A stretch of 64,000 bases of DNA from Bdellovibrionota bacterium (GTDB lineage: Bacteria; Bdellovibrionota_C; UBA2361; JBIKUX01), in assembly GCA_044347345.1 (NCBI GenBank), contig JBIKUX010000015.1, positions 1-64,000 of the forward strand. The letters are read 5' to 3'. The notes under the pieces are model-generated. The model was given only the letters and a program-made list of their open reading frames with translations, was not told the DNA's origin and made no database searches. Shown in pieces: positions 19,881 through 29,818 of this stretch. Made by a program: the position numbers and the translations under genes. Numbering within the stretch: the first letter of the stretch is position 1; the number at the start of each line of letters is the position of its first letter.

Positions 19881-21935
19881 ATGCGTGTAGTGAAAAAAAA
19901 ATTGGTGAGAGTTCAGCTAATAAAAAAGTTACTTTTAGCTAAATCACTTTTACTAGCTGTTGGATATTTAAACGGGTGTAGCAGTACTAGTAGTGGCACT
20001 TCTACCAACGGTGGTAAGGGATATGTTAGGCAAACCAACAGCTCCTTACTTGGTGAAAAGGATGGCGAGGGTCTAGATGATGGCCAAACGCTTGGTGAAA
20101 AATATCCTTGGGAGTTGTGGCAATTTGGTAGTACTTTTGAACGGATTCAAGTTGGAACAGCTAGTATAAGAGAAGGAGATACACTTTTACAGCAAAACGA
20201 GACTATTCGAGCGCGAGACCAGTATAAGGCTTCGCTTAATTTGCCGTTAGCGCCTAAAGAGCGCGAAGCAGTTACCTACCGAATAGCCTCTTCTTATTTG
20301 CGCGAGGGTAAAGCTGAATCAGCACTGTCTACCTTAAGTAGCTTCTTTAGCAAGGAAAGAATTGAGGCAAAAGCACTTGATGGCTTAAGAAGTTTGTTTC
20401 TTGCTTATACATACGGACAAGCCGGAGAAATTGACCAATCGCTTGCTTGGTTTTTAAATGCGGCTGAGAGATCAAGAGATAAAAACTTTCGTTATATTAT
20501 CAAAAGTGGGGTGGCAGAGGTTGTGAAATCTCTTCATCCTGAAAAATTTGAAGAGATAGCTGTAAAGTGGTCAGAGAGTGATTTGATACGTGAAGCCTTT
20601 GCTCTTGAAAGGCGAAGGCGTGCTCAGTCAGGGTATATTCATACTGCTAGAAGACCCTTCATGCCAAAGAATAGTTCTTTGGCTACACAATCTATTAGTG
20701 AGAGAGAGTTAACTGCTGACGTGCAAAATAGTAGTGGCCCTTTACAAGCAGTTGTTTTACTTCCTCTTAGTGGAAAATACGGTCAGTTGGGAATTGCAAC
20801 TAAGCAAGGAGTAGAATTAGCTTTTAAGGAATATGGTAGCCTTGTTGATGGAAGTAGTGTTGCTCTTGTTGTAGAGGATTCTACTCTCGACGGTGCAGTG
20901 GCGGCGGGTAAAATCGAGAAGGTGGCTTTGCAAGGACAAATTGGAGCGGTGATTGGTCCATTAATTTCAGAGATTACCGAAACAGTAACCGAAAAGGCTC
21001 GTTCATTAGGAATTCCAGTCCTTACTTTGTCAAAGCGAACTTCGGTAACAATAGGTAATGGTATATTTAGACTTGGAGTTACCGTTCCTAGTCAAGTAGC
21101 TCGCCTTGTGGATGAAGCTTATATCGGTAGTGGGATTACCAGATACGCTATCATATATCCAGAAACCGATTTTGGGCGAGAGTATGCTGAAGCTGCTCGC
21201 AAAGAATTATTATCACGCGGACTAACAATAGCGTATGAAGGAGGCTATCAAGAGGGGGTTAGTGCTTCTCTAGCTCATCATGCTTCTATGATTGAGACAA
21301 CCAATGTTGGAGGAGTAATTTTCCCCGGCAAGCCCAGAGATGCTGGTGTTCTTTTTTCTTCCATTGGTAGTGACGCTCGTATGAATTTAAGACCTCTCGG
21401 GTTTGTAACTTGGAGTAATGTGCGGGAGCTTAAGCAATCGCAAATGGCTCTACAAGGTGCTCTAGTGGTATCGCCTTTTTATGCTGAGAGCGAACGAATT
21501 GAAGTCAAGCGATTTGTTGAATTTTATCGCGCTAACTACGGAAAGGCTCCAGATTTTCTGGCTGCTCAAGGGTATGATGCTGCACTTCTTGCTGCATTAG
21601 CTCTGAGACGTGCCACGGCAGAAGGACGATCTTTCTCTTCGGCTTTACAACTTTTAAATGCGGTAGAAGGTACTACGGGAAGTTTATCTATTTCTCCTAA
21701 TGGCGAAATAGAGAGAAAATACGCAGTTTTAGAATTTATAAACGGGGCTTTTCTTGAGCGTCGTAGAGATGGTGAGCAGTTTGGTACTGCTATAAATCCT
21801 ATTCGCGGCGCTTTTGATAATAAGTCAATTTCAACCTCAGTGGCCGAGCAATCTGACCCTATTTCAATTAAAAGTGAGCCTCAAAGTAACTCATCAGGAG
21901 CAGTTAAGCGCCTGAGGGATCTTGTCACCGAATAG
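19881..21935 (+). CDS. LppC/LpoA-like lipoprotein (TPR-like helices + periplasmic-binding-protein fold; PBP activator family)
   Basis: Lipobox LNGC, helical N-domain, VLLPLSG, VIGPL and FLAAQGYDAA. Confidence 0.75.
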   Translation: MRVVKKKLVRVQLIKKLLLAKSLLLAVGYLNGCSSTSSGTSTNGGKGYVRQTNSSLLGEKDGEGLDDGQTLGEKYPWELWQFGSTFERIQVGTASIREGDTLLQQNETIRARDQYKASLNLPLAPKEREAVTYRIASSYLREGKAESALSTLSSFFSKERIEAKALDGLRSLFLAYTYGQAGEIDQSLAWFLNAAERSRDKNFRYIIKSGVAEVVKSLHPEKFEEIAVKWSESDLIREAFALERRRRAQSGYIHTARRPFMPKNSSLATQSISERELTADVQNSSGPLQAVVLLPLSGKYGQLGIATKQGVELAFKEYGSLVDGSSVALVVEDSTLDGAVAAGKIEKVALQGQIGAVIGPLISEITETVTEKARSLGIPVLTLSKRTSVTIGNGIFRLGVTVPSQVARLVDEAYIGSGITRYAIIYPETDFGREYAEAARKELLSRGLTIAYEGGYQEGVSASLAHHASMIETTNVGGVIFPGKPRDAGVLFSSIGSDARMNLRPLGFVTWSNVRELKQSQMALQGALVVSPFYAESERIEVKRFVEFYRANYGKAPDFLAAQGYDAALLAALALRRATAEGRSFSSALQLLNAVEGTTGSLSISPNGEIERKYAVLEFINGAFLERRRDGEQFGTAINPIRGAFDNKSISTSVAEQSDPISIKSEPQSNSSGAVKRLRDLVTE

Positions 21936-22047
21936 ATAGAAATCTATTTGAAAATTATCTGAATGATGTTTTAAGAATTAGCAGCTTATTTTTTTACCGT
22001 TTTTTAAAGAGACTACTGAATCTTAATTGATAAATATTGATTAAGCC

Positions 22048-24534
22048 TTGTGTGCAACCCAAGGGTATTTAAAGGGTTTATATATGGATAATGCAGGGAG
22101 TTTGACAAAGCGTTCTGGTGGCGAAGTGCTACCGACGGACATTCCTGCCGAACTTCCTGTTCTTCCAGCAAGAGATCTTGTTCCCTTTCCTAGTATAATG
22201 ATGGCTTTGTATGTAGAGCGACATCTTGTTGATCAGTTGCTTATGACAGCAGGTGATGAGGAGGATGCACTAGTTGTGATCGTTGCGCAACGTAATGCGG
22301 TAATAGCTGACCCTGAGCCAAGCGATTTCTATAAAGTCGGTGTAATCGCTCAGGTGAGACGCACTCTTAAATTACCGGATGAGCGGGTTAAAATTCTTCT
22401 AAAAGGGTTGTTTCGTGCTCGTATTGGAAAAATCAAAAAGAATGGAATATTAAAGGCGTCAGTAAAAGTAATAAATCCAAGAAAAACTACTAAGGAATCT
22501 TTAAGCATACTTGCACATATTCGTGAAAATCTTCAGGTCTTAGTTGAAAGAGAGCATATACCTGAGGAGATTCTTCTATTGACGGATGAAAGCAGTGATC
22601 TATCTGCTTTAGCTGATAGTTTATTGGCTCACTACCGGCTTGATGTAGCTAGAGCTCAGACAGCTTTAGAAGAGCTGGATTCTACAAAGCGTTTAAAACT
22701 TGCCGATACCATCATAGCAGATGATCTTAATCAGTTAATTATCTCGGAGAAGATAGCCGATAAAACTCAAATTGAACTTAATCGTGGACAGCGAGAGTAT
22801 TATCTTCGTGAACAAATTAAGCAGATCCAAGAGGAGTTAGGCGAAGTAGATGCTACTGCTCAGGAAGTAGCTCAATTAAAGGAAAGGATGCAGAGTCTCA
22901 AGTTATCTAAAGAGGCCCGTCTTGAGGTAGATCGTCAGGTTAGTCGATTGGAGAGAATCCCCGCTGAATCGACAGAGCATGCGTTACTTAGAACCTATCT
23001 TGAATGGATTGCCGACCTTCCTTGGAGTGGGCGTTCTCGAGAAAAGTATGATCCAAAAGAAGCCAAGGAAATTCTTGATAGAGATCATTTTGGACTTGAT
23101 AAGGCCAAAGATCGGATTCTTGAGTACTTGGCTGTGCGTAAGCTTCACAGAACTTCGCGTGGCCCGATTCTTTGTTTTGTTGGTCCTCCTGGGGTAGGAA
23201 AAACCTCATTAGCCCGAGCAATATCTGAGGCACTTGGGCGTAAGTGTATTCGTATGTCACTTGGAGGAGTAAGAGATGAAGCTGAGATTAGGGGTCATAG
23301 ACGAACTTATGTAGGTGCTCTTCCAGGTCGAATTATACAGGGGATGAAACAAGCAGGAACCAGAAACCCTGTGATTGTGCTTGATGAACTTGATAAGGTA
23401 GGGAATGATTTTCGCGGTGATCCGGCTTCAGCCTTACTGGAAGTGCTAGACCCTCATCAGAATAAGGAATTTCGCGATCATTACTTAAACCTTGCTTTTG
23501 ATCTTTCTGAAGTATTGTTTATAGCTACTGCTAACACCATCGATACTATCCCTGAGGCTTTAGTTGATCGGCTTGAAATTATCTTTCTATCTGGCTACAC
23601 CGTAGAAGAAAAAGAGAAAATCGCTAAACGTTTTATTATACCAAGACAGTTGCAAGAAAATGGTTTGGCTGAAAGGCAAATTAGTATAAATGAGGATGCC
23701 GTAAGGTATTTAATTGAGCGGTATACGGCAGAAGCTGGAGTTCGAAATCTTGAGAGAGAGATAGCATCACTATTTCGTAAGTTAGCTCGAAAGTTTGTTG
23801 AGCACAATAAAGCTGTGCGTCGGGTTACTCCAAGTATAGTAACTAAACTTCTGGGGCCAACCAAGTATGATCCAGAGGCGCGAGATACCAGAGATTTAGT
23901 TGGTTTGGCGCGTGGATTAGCTTGGACTATAAATGGCGGGGAGATGATGCCAGTTGAAGTATCTATTGCTAAAGGGAGTGGCAATCTTTCCTTAACTGGC
24001 CAGCTTGGTTCAATAATGCAGGAATCTGCTCAAGCGGCGGTGTTTTATGCTCGTTCAAACGCAGAGTCTCTTGGTTTATCACCGAGCTTTTATCAAAAAT
24101 TTGATGTGCATGTTCATGTACCAGGCGGAGCAACACCTAAAGACGGGCCATCAGCCGGCATAACTATAGCCTGTGCTTTAGTATCTGTATTATCTGGTCG
24201 CAAGGTGTCAAGTAAGGTAGCGATGACGGGCGAAATAACATTACGTGGTAACGTGCTTGCGGTAGGGGGATTAAAAGAAAAGGCTTTAGCCGCTCTCAGA
24301 AACGGTATTAGTACTGTGATTGTACCGTATGAAAATATGAAAGATCTTGAAGAGGTGCCGAAAGAACAGCGCAATAAAATACAGTTTATACCTGTAAGAT
24401 ATATAAGTGAGGTATTAGATGTTGCGCTACTTCCTAGGGAGCGCTCTACTCGTGCTCCAGGTACTTTATCAATTAGTCGAGAAAAAAAAGCGCGTACCAA
24501 ACAAGATGTTCGTATCCGTTCCGTCGAGAGGTAG
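22048..24534 (+). CDS. lon: ATP-dependent Lon protease
   Basis: LPVLPARD, GPPGVGKTS, RGHRRTYVGALPG, DELDK, PKDGPSAG (catalytic Ser) and LKEK (catalytic Lys). Probable ATG start at 22084. Confidence 0.97.
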   Translation: MCATQGYLKGLYMDNAGSLTKRSGGEVLPTDIPAELPVLPARDLVPFPSIMMALYVERHLVDQLLMTAGDEEDALVVIVAQRNAVIADPEPSDFYKVGVIAQVRRTLKLPDERVKILLKGLFRARIGKIKKNGILKASVKVINPRKTTKESLSILAHIRENLQVLVEREHIPEEILLLTDESSDLSALADSLLAHYRLDVARAQTALEELDSTKRLKLADTIIADDLNQLIISEKIADKTQIELNRGQREYYLREQIKQIQEELGEVDATAQEVAQLKERMQSLKLSKEARLEVDRQVSRLERIPAESTEHALLRTYLEWIADLPWSGRSREKYDPKEAKEILDRDHFGLDKAKDRILEYLAVRKLHRTSRGPILCFVGPPGVGKTSLARAISEALGRKCIRMSLGGVRDEAEIRGHRRTYVGALPGRIIQGMKQAGTRNPVIVLDELDKVGNDFRGDPASALLEVLDPHQNKEFRDHYLNLAFDLSEVLFIATANTIDTIPEALVDRLEIIFLSGYTVEEKEKIAKRFIIPRQLQENGLAERQISINEDAVRYLIERYTAEAGVRNLEREIASLFRKLARKFVEHNKAVRRVTPSIVTKLLGPTKYDPEARDTRDLVGLARGLAWTINGGEMMPVEVSIAKGSGNLSLTGQLGSIMQESAQAAVFYARSNAESLGLSPSFYQKFDVHVHVPGGATPKDGPSAGITIACALVSVLSGRKVSSKVAMTGEITLRGNVLAVGGLKEKALAALRNGISTVIVPYENMKDLEEVPKEQRNKIQFIPVRYISEVLDVALLPRERSTRAPGTLSISREKKARTKQDVRIRSVER

Positions 24535-24544
24535 ACAAATAGTT

Positions 24545-24988
24545 TTAAGTGCTGTTTTGTTCAGTTGAACACTCGCATTTCCACCATAGGTCAAGACTAA
24601 TTATAAGAAACTCTTCAGCCAATGACTCGATATCAATAATATCATTGTCATAGTAAGAAATGTCTATATCATCATCAATGTAGTTGCCGTTCGTAACGTG
24701 TTCGTTTGGACGGGGCTGAAATTTGATGTTAATAGGAACTTTAGTACGGCGATGTTGAAACACAGAGCATACGCCGCATTGTTGCTCGTAGTCAGCGGTA
24801 ATGTTTGCTCTTAGTAGAGCACCGTTTAATTTATGTTCAAGCACACCGACAATGCACGGCGCTTGAGTAAAAAGTATATCAGAGCGGTTTAGGAGTTTAT
24901 TAAACGCTTTTATGCACAGCTCTCCTTCAATGGACTTTCCACTTCTAGGTAGGGTGCTGATGCATACTTTTAAATTATGAGTTACCAT
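24545..24988 (-). CDS. yceD: DUF177/YceD family protein
   Basis: CGVC knuckle in the YceD position, IIDIESLAEEFLIISL and a terminal C.C. Confidence 0.65.
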   Translation of the reverse strand: MVTHNLKVCISTLPRSGKSIEGELCIKAFNKLLNRSDILFTQAPCIVGVLEHKLNGALLRANITADYEQQCGVCSVFQHRRTKVPINIKFQPRPNEHVTNGNYIDDDIDISYYDNDIIDIESLAEEFLIISLDLWWKCECSTEQNST

Positions 24989-25027
24989 TTTTTTATCTTA
25001 CTTTAAGATGCAATTCGAGGAGATAGT

Positions 25028-25609
25028 ATGAGTTCTGGAGTAAATAAAGTCATTTTAATCGGCAATCTTGGTCAGGATCCAGAGGTGCGTCGTACTAGTT
25101 CAGGTGCTTCGGTTTGTACTTTACGTTTAGCTACTGCTGAGCGCCGAAAAGATGCCTCTGGTCAGTGGGTAGACCATACAGAATGGCATTCAGTGGTTAC
25201 TTTTGGCACCGTTGCTGACAACTGTGGTCGATTTTTGAAAAAGGGGCGTCAAGTATTCATTGAAGGACGTCTTCAAACTAGAAAGTGGCAAGATAAGGAA
25301 GGTAAAGACAGATACACCACAGAAGTAATTGCAATGAACGTCCAATTTCTTGGTGGAGGACGAGGTGATTCTGCTGGAGAGAGTTTGCAACAACATGATG
25401 TCATGGATTTTTCTTCTGGCAGCTCAGCTGTAGCAGGTCATTATCAGAGTAATTTTTCAGGAGGAGATGATATTGATAATGATGGTGGTAGGGGAGCAGG
25501 CTTGGGTGCTAAAAACAAGGCGCCTTACTCTTCTTCAAGCATACTTAATGCTGTAGGCCTTAAAGCCGCTGATGACGTTGCTTTTGATGATGATGATATT
25601 CCATTTTAA
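25028..25609 (+). CDS. ssb: Single-stranded DNA-binding protein
   Basis: [35 protein letters not shown] and the DDDIPF tail. Confidence 0.98.
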   Translation: MSSGVNKVILIGNLGQDPEVRRTSSGASVCTLRLATAERRKDASGQWVDHTEWHSVVTFGTVADNCGRFLKKGRQVFIEGRLQTRKWQDKEGKDRYTTEVIAMNVQFLGGGRGDSAGESLQQHDVMDFSSGSSAVAGHYQSNFSGGDDIDNDGGRGAGLGAKNKAPYSSSSILNAVGLKAADDVAFDDDDIPF

Positions 25610-25642
25610 TGCTGGTGATCTGAAGTTAGCTGAGCTTCTGAC

Positions 25643-25667
25643 GGAGACTTTTTCATAAAAAGTCTCC
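25643..25667. terminator. Hairpin terminator after ssb (probably bidirectional)
   Basis: GGAGACTTTTT-CAT-AAAAAGTCTCC, a perfect 11-bp stem. Confidence 0.7.
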
Positions 25668-25710
25668 AATTAAAAGAAACCGTTAAGAGGATCATTTGCG
25701 CTATCATCGG

Positions 25711-25776
25711 TTATGGGGTATGTAGCAGTTGCAGTTGCAGTTGCAGTTGCAGTTTCGGTGATAGTGAACCCATCAT
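25711..25776 (-). pseudogene. 21-codon remnant ORF MMGSLSPKLQLQLQLQLLHTP, truncated paralogue of the polyQ-pentapeptide gene
   Basis: It lies just downstream of repeat copy 1, as the 26648 ATG lies downstream of copy 2. The 5' sequence is similar (ATGGGTTCACTATCAC vs ATGAGTCAATTATCAC) and GCAGTT repeats 5x at 25725-25754. Confidence 0.5.
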
Positions 25777-25785
25777 GTTTATCTG

Positions 25786-25966
25786 CTAACTCTTAAACTT
25801 CTTCGTATTTTTGATTTGCGGGTAGCTATAAAACTGAAAGATTATTTTACTACTTTTTCAAATAATACTTTGTTATATAATTACTGACCCGCGATAGCAA
25901 GATGAACTGAGTTTTATTTCTAGGGTGTACCACACTTTTAATTACGCTTTTAAACCACGCTTTTAT
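25786..25966 (-). repeat. Copy 1 of duplicated promoter/leader module
   Basis: 25786-25940 matches 26661-26815 at 150/155 positions. Contains minus-strand TTGCTA-N17-TATAAC at 25900-25872. Confidence 0.92.
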
Positions 25967-25996
25967 ACTGACCCTCAATTCCGCGCAAATTGATTG

Positions 25997-26648
25997 TTAC
26001 TTATTCGCTGGTCGAAATACACGAGTGTTTTTTAAGAGGTGCTCTATATTTGTATAACAAAATAACTTACCCCGTACTCGGCAACCTGTAAACTTGGCAT
26101 TAGCATGGCGTTTAGGAGTTAACTTAGCATTAGTTAAGTTAGCACCCTGTAAGTTAGCACGCTCTAAGTCAGCATCATAAAAGGTCGCACTAGCTAATAG
26201 CTTTATTTAAGTTTTTAGCTTTCAGATATGGAGATACGGCCGAATTTCTATCGTTAGACCAAAATATAAAAGCACCTTCTACGTCAGCACCCTGTAAGTT
26301 AGCACCAGTTACATTAGATAACCTTAGATTAGCACCCTTTAAGTTAGCACCCTCTAAGTTAGCACCCTTTAAGTTAGCACGCTCTAAGTTAGCACCCTCT
26401 AAGTTAGCACCCTCTAAGTTAGCACCCTCTAAGTTAGCACCCTCTAAGTTAGCACCCTTTAAGTTAGCACCAGCTGCCTGGCCAGTCATTAGTAATCTAT
26501 CAATCACATCTCGACGGGTCTCCCCCGCCTGCGGCAATTGTACTAGCTGAAAGGGGTTATACTGAGCTTGCAGTTCCTGTTGCAGTTCCTGTTGCTGTTG
26601 CTGTTGCTGTTGCAGTAGCTGTTGCTGTTGCTGTGATAATTGACTCAT
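25997..26648 (-). pseudogene. PolyQ-leader pentapeptide-repeat protein, frameshifted near 26197
   Basis: ORF 26190-26648 has a Gln-rich N-terminus and (ANLEG)n repeats. The repeats continue in the +1 frame ([28 protein letters not shown]...) to TAA at 25997. Confidence 0.8.
26326..26471. repeat. 15-bp tandem repeat, about 10 copies (AAGTTAGCACCCTCT), encoding the pentapeptides
   Basis: Near-identical units at 26341, 26356, 26371, 26386, 26401, 26416, 26431, 26446 and 26461, plus a variant at 26326. Confidence 0.93.
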
Positions 26649-26660
26649 CGTATTTATATC

Positions 26661-26834
26661 CTAACTCTAAAACTTCTTAGTATTTTTGATTTGCGGGTAG
26701 CTATAAAACTGAAAGATTATTTTACTACTTTTTCAAATAGTACTTTGTTATATAATTACTGACCCGCGATAGCAAGATGAACTCAGTTTTATTTCTAGGG
26801 TGTACCACGCTTTTACGTCAAACCACGCTTTTAT
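26661..26834 (-). promoter_or_regulatory. Copy 2 of duplicated promoter/leader module (sigma70-like)
   Basis: -35 TTGCTA (26775-26770), 17-nt spacer, -10 TATAAC (26752-26747). CCACGCTTTTA direct repeats lie upstream, and AGGA precedes the ATG at 26648. Confidence 0.7.
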
Positions 26835-26902
26835 GCCAAGCTTTTATAATATTTTACTCAACTTTGTTTATCTAATTAATTAATGTAAGCTCACTCGGTC
26901 TT

Positions 26903-27536
26903 TCATAAAGGCATTGGCCCGGGTTCAAAGAAGATCTCAGCGCCGGGTACCCTGTAAGTCCAATGATTACCTGGAATAGATAAGTAAATACCCGCACTGT
27001 TAAGAGAAAATTCATATTTTAATGTAGCCGATTTGCCACGATTATTTAGAAACTTACTTACCTCCCCTGCGCATTGCCTTGTATGTTCACTGGCTAAGTC
27101 CATTGACTTGTTACTTATATCAAGGACGCGAAAGTATAGTGGCAAGTTATTGGAAACAACCCAGCGGGGTAGCGTTAGTGAATCTGGCATAGTTCTTATA
27201 TCGACCCTGATTGGGTTACCACGGTCATCTTTTTTTATCAAACCGCTAATCCAATCTTCGTGTAATTTTAATCCGCTACCATCTTTAGCTTTGACTTTCG
27301 ATTCGTCGGTGACCCTAAATTCAGGGTGTTTAATAATCTTTAATACCGGTTTAAATAATTCCGGTTTATATTCATTGTCACTCAGCTGAGTTATTAGTTT
27401 TTTTACTAGCTCGTTTACTTGGGGTTTTTGGGAGTGAATAAATAAATCTCTAACCCTTGTGTCGCGCCCTTTACCCCATCTGTTTAAAAGTCTTCTGAGA
27501 TAAACTCTGTATGGAAAAGATAAGCATGGTCTTGTC
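26903..27536 (-). CDS. Hypothetical protein; frame open for about 210 codons but without a canonical start in the first ~98 (possible 5'-damaged gene)
   Basis: The listed ORF 26903-27241 extends upstream without a stop to about 27536 (...QVNELVKKLITQLSDNEYKPELFKPVLKIIKHPEF...). Confidence 0.5.
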
Positions 27537-27626
27537 TACACTTTGATCAAAGGCACTGTTCTTATGACGGGCAGTGTTTAAGAAATGCAAGGTTTTATAA
27601 ATGCAGTGATAAGAAAGTTAGAAACT

Positions 27627-28769
27627 TCAACTTTCACCACCTAGAAAGTTTAGAGTAGTTGGATTTACTAGTGTTTGGCACAAATCGATGCCCTCTCCAT
27701 CTTTTCGGTCTATGTATAGTTGTTCACGACATCCAAATTTTTTTTCGGTATTATGTTGCGATGCCGGAAGATTAATGAGTAATGGAGCTGGTATGCCTGC
27801 CTTAAACTCTAATGGACACTTAAAGCGACGTATTTCGTCCCAGTAGCCAGATTGCAAAAACGATTGTAGTAGTAAAGACCCACCTTCAATTATTACAGAG
27901 ATTATTCCTTGATCTCTTAGAACATTAAGAACACCTTTTATATCGTCTAATGATGAGACTTTTACGACCTTTACATGCTGTGGGAATACTTTTAAGTCTT
28001 CTACTTCAGTGATGACCATTGTTGGAGCAGAATCATCAAAAACCCTTGCTGCTCGACTTATAACTCCAGAGCGATCAAGTACAATTCTAAGAGGGGGAAC
28101 TAGCGTTGATTGTCTACCTCTAACCGTCAGTTGAGGATTGTCTATCATTACGGTTTTAGTACCCACTAAAATACTAGCTTCTTCATTACGCCATTTATGA
28201 ACTAAATCACGAGATGATTCACTGCTAATCCATCTGGAAGTATTATCCGACCGAGCTAAGAAACCATCCGCAGTCTCTGCCCATTTAAGTATTACATAAG
28301 GACGACGAAGCTGATGAAAAGTATAAAAACGACAATTAAGAATGCGAAAAGGTGAGGGGTCTGCTGCCTCTATAACATCTACTCCGTTAGATCTGAGGTA
28401 CTGAACTCCTTTCCCACCTACAATAGGATTAGGGTCAAGTGCCCCAATTACTACCCGACGTATCCCTCGCTGAATGATTAATTCAGTGCACGGAGGAGTT
28501 TTGCCGTGATGACAACACGGTTCAAGATTAACGTAGAGTGTGGCATCTGGGGGCACTGTTTCTTCATTGCCAAAAGCTCGCAGAGCCTCTACTTCAGCAT
28601 GGTCTGACCCATATTTAATATGATACCCTTGCGCTAGTAATTGTTCACCTCGGGCAAGAACTGCTCCAACAAATGGATTAGGAAATACTGCTCTATCTCC
28701 CTTCTGAGCTAATTCAATACATGACTGAAGATGCTTTCTATCAGTGTGTGTTTCAATGTGTTCAATCAT
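27627..28769 (-). CDS. ribD: Bifunctional riboflavin deaminase/reductase
   Basis: PNPFVGAV, HAE, LEPCCHHGKTPPC, DNPQLTVR and IIEGG. Confidence 0.96.
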   Translation of the reverse strand: MIEHIETHTDRKHLQSCIELAQKGDRAVFPNPFVGAVLARGEQLLAQGYHIKYGSDHAEVEALRAFGNEETVPPDATLYVNLEPCCHHGKTPPCTELIIQRGIRRVVIGALDPNPIVGGKGVQYLRSNGVDVIEAADPSPFRILNCRFYTFHQLRRPYVILKWAETADGFLARSDNTSRWISSESSRDLVHKWRNEEASILVGTKTVMIDNPQLTVRGRQSTLVPPLRIVLDRSGVISRAARVFDDSAPTMVITEVEDLKVFPQHVKVVKVSSLDDIKGVLNVLRDQGIISVIIEGGSLLLQSFLQSGYWDEIRRFKCPLEFKAGIPAPLLINLPASQHNTEKKFGCREQLYIDRKDGEGIDLCQTLVNPTTLNFLGGES

Positions 28770-28849
28770 TTGGTTGAAAAAAAAGATCTCTTAAAAAACA
28801 TAACAAAAATTAGTGCATTAGATATTTTATGATAAGCATAATAGCTTAA

Positions 28850-29803
28850 TTAATGTCTCCAATCTTTGGATAACGGCTCGCCTTTATCGCTACTAGCCTG
28901 TAGGATTCGTAATAAAAAATTCCTAAGCTGGCCGGGTGCTGGATTTAATTCTGTTATTCCAAGCTCTGTTAAGCTCGCAATATTTTCATGGAGAACAAAA
29001 TTAAATAAAGAGCTACCCCAAATTCCTCTGAAATGCTGCTTAAACTTATTCTCTCGTACTTCACGTTCTTCCGCAGATTCAGGACCATCCCAACTTGATT
29101 TTCCTCCAAAGTGAAAAATATAAGAATCTGCCGCGTAACGAGTTTCAAATCCAGCTAAAAGAGCTCGGAGCGAATAGTCGTAATCTTCACCTCCACCTTG
29201 TCCATATCTTTCGTCAAAGAGGCCAACTGCTAGTAATATAGAGTAGGGGATTTTGATGCAAAAGTAAGGAAGGACTATTTGTGGTATCTGTAAGCCTTTT
29301 TGAATGTTGCGTACATGAGACAAAGCCATAAATTGGTATGCACTTGGAAAACTGAGGTAATCATGCAGATTTAGTTGAGCATGACATATTAAAGTCTCCA
29401 CCACTTTTTGTGTCGTTAGAGCGATATTGGACACAACATAAGGAACTTGTTGATTTGAAAGAGGCGAGAGTATTACTGGTTCATTATTAGATAAAGGACT
29501 AAACCAACCCTGACTAAACTCAAGATCGTTGTTCATCATAATAAGGTCAGAGCCGGTATCTAAAGCCTTGAGGATAATCTGATTGACATTATGGGCAAAC
29601 CCTTTCGGTTCTTGATTACGAATAATTGAAATATTTAAATCTTGAGTATCAATAGATGAATGAAATGAATTGTCGTTGTCAATTAAAATAAATTTCGCTG
29701 CATTTCTTACAGCCTCTGGCGTAAATTGCATAAAAGAGTTGAGAGCATTTTCCGTGTAAACGCTTGAGGGCTTTGTAGTTATCATGCCAAAGATGATATT
29801 CAT
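28850..29803 (-). CDS. GT2 family glycosyltransferase
   Basis: LIDND, GFAHNVN, MNND, VGLFDERY...GEDYDY and FHFGG.S. Confidence 0.8.
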   Translation of the reverse strand: MNIIFGMITTKPSSVYTENALNSFMQFTPEAVRNAAKFILIDNDNSFHSSIDTQDLNISIIRNQEPKGFAHNVNQIILKALDTGSDLIMMNNDLEFSQGWFSPLSNNEPVILSPLSNQQVPYVVSNIALTTQKVVETLICHAQLNLHDYLSFPSAYQFMALSHVRNIQKGLQIPQIVLPYFCIKIPYSILLAVGLFDERYGQGGGEDYDYSLRALLAGFETRYAADSYIFHFGGKSSWDGPESAEEREVRENKFKQHFRGIWGSSLFNFVLHENIASLTELGITELNPAPGQLRNFLLRILQASSDKGEPLSKDWRH

Positions 29804-29818
29804 ATTTAAGGCACAATT

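Noticed and set aside
23595..24500. Long antisense ORFs inside lon, and similar ones inside dnaK, actB, actC, mgtE, plsX and the permeases
   Set aside because: They are shadow ORFs opposite well-supported genes, with no motifs or RBS support.
26326..26471. 15-bp array as CRISPR or iterons
   Set aside because: There are no spacers, and the array is in frame with a pentapeptide protein.
25786..26834. Integron attC sites or IS ends as an explanation for the duplicated module
   Set aside because: No RYYYAAC/GTTRRRY-bounded palindrome that I could establish, no terminal inverted repeats with target duplication, and no integrase or transposase nearby.
27033..27389. 118-aa + strand ORF
   Set aside because: It is the antisense shadow of the longer open minus-strand frame and has Ser/Leu-rich non-coding composition.
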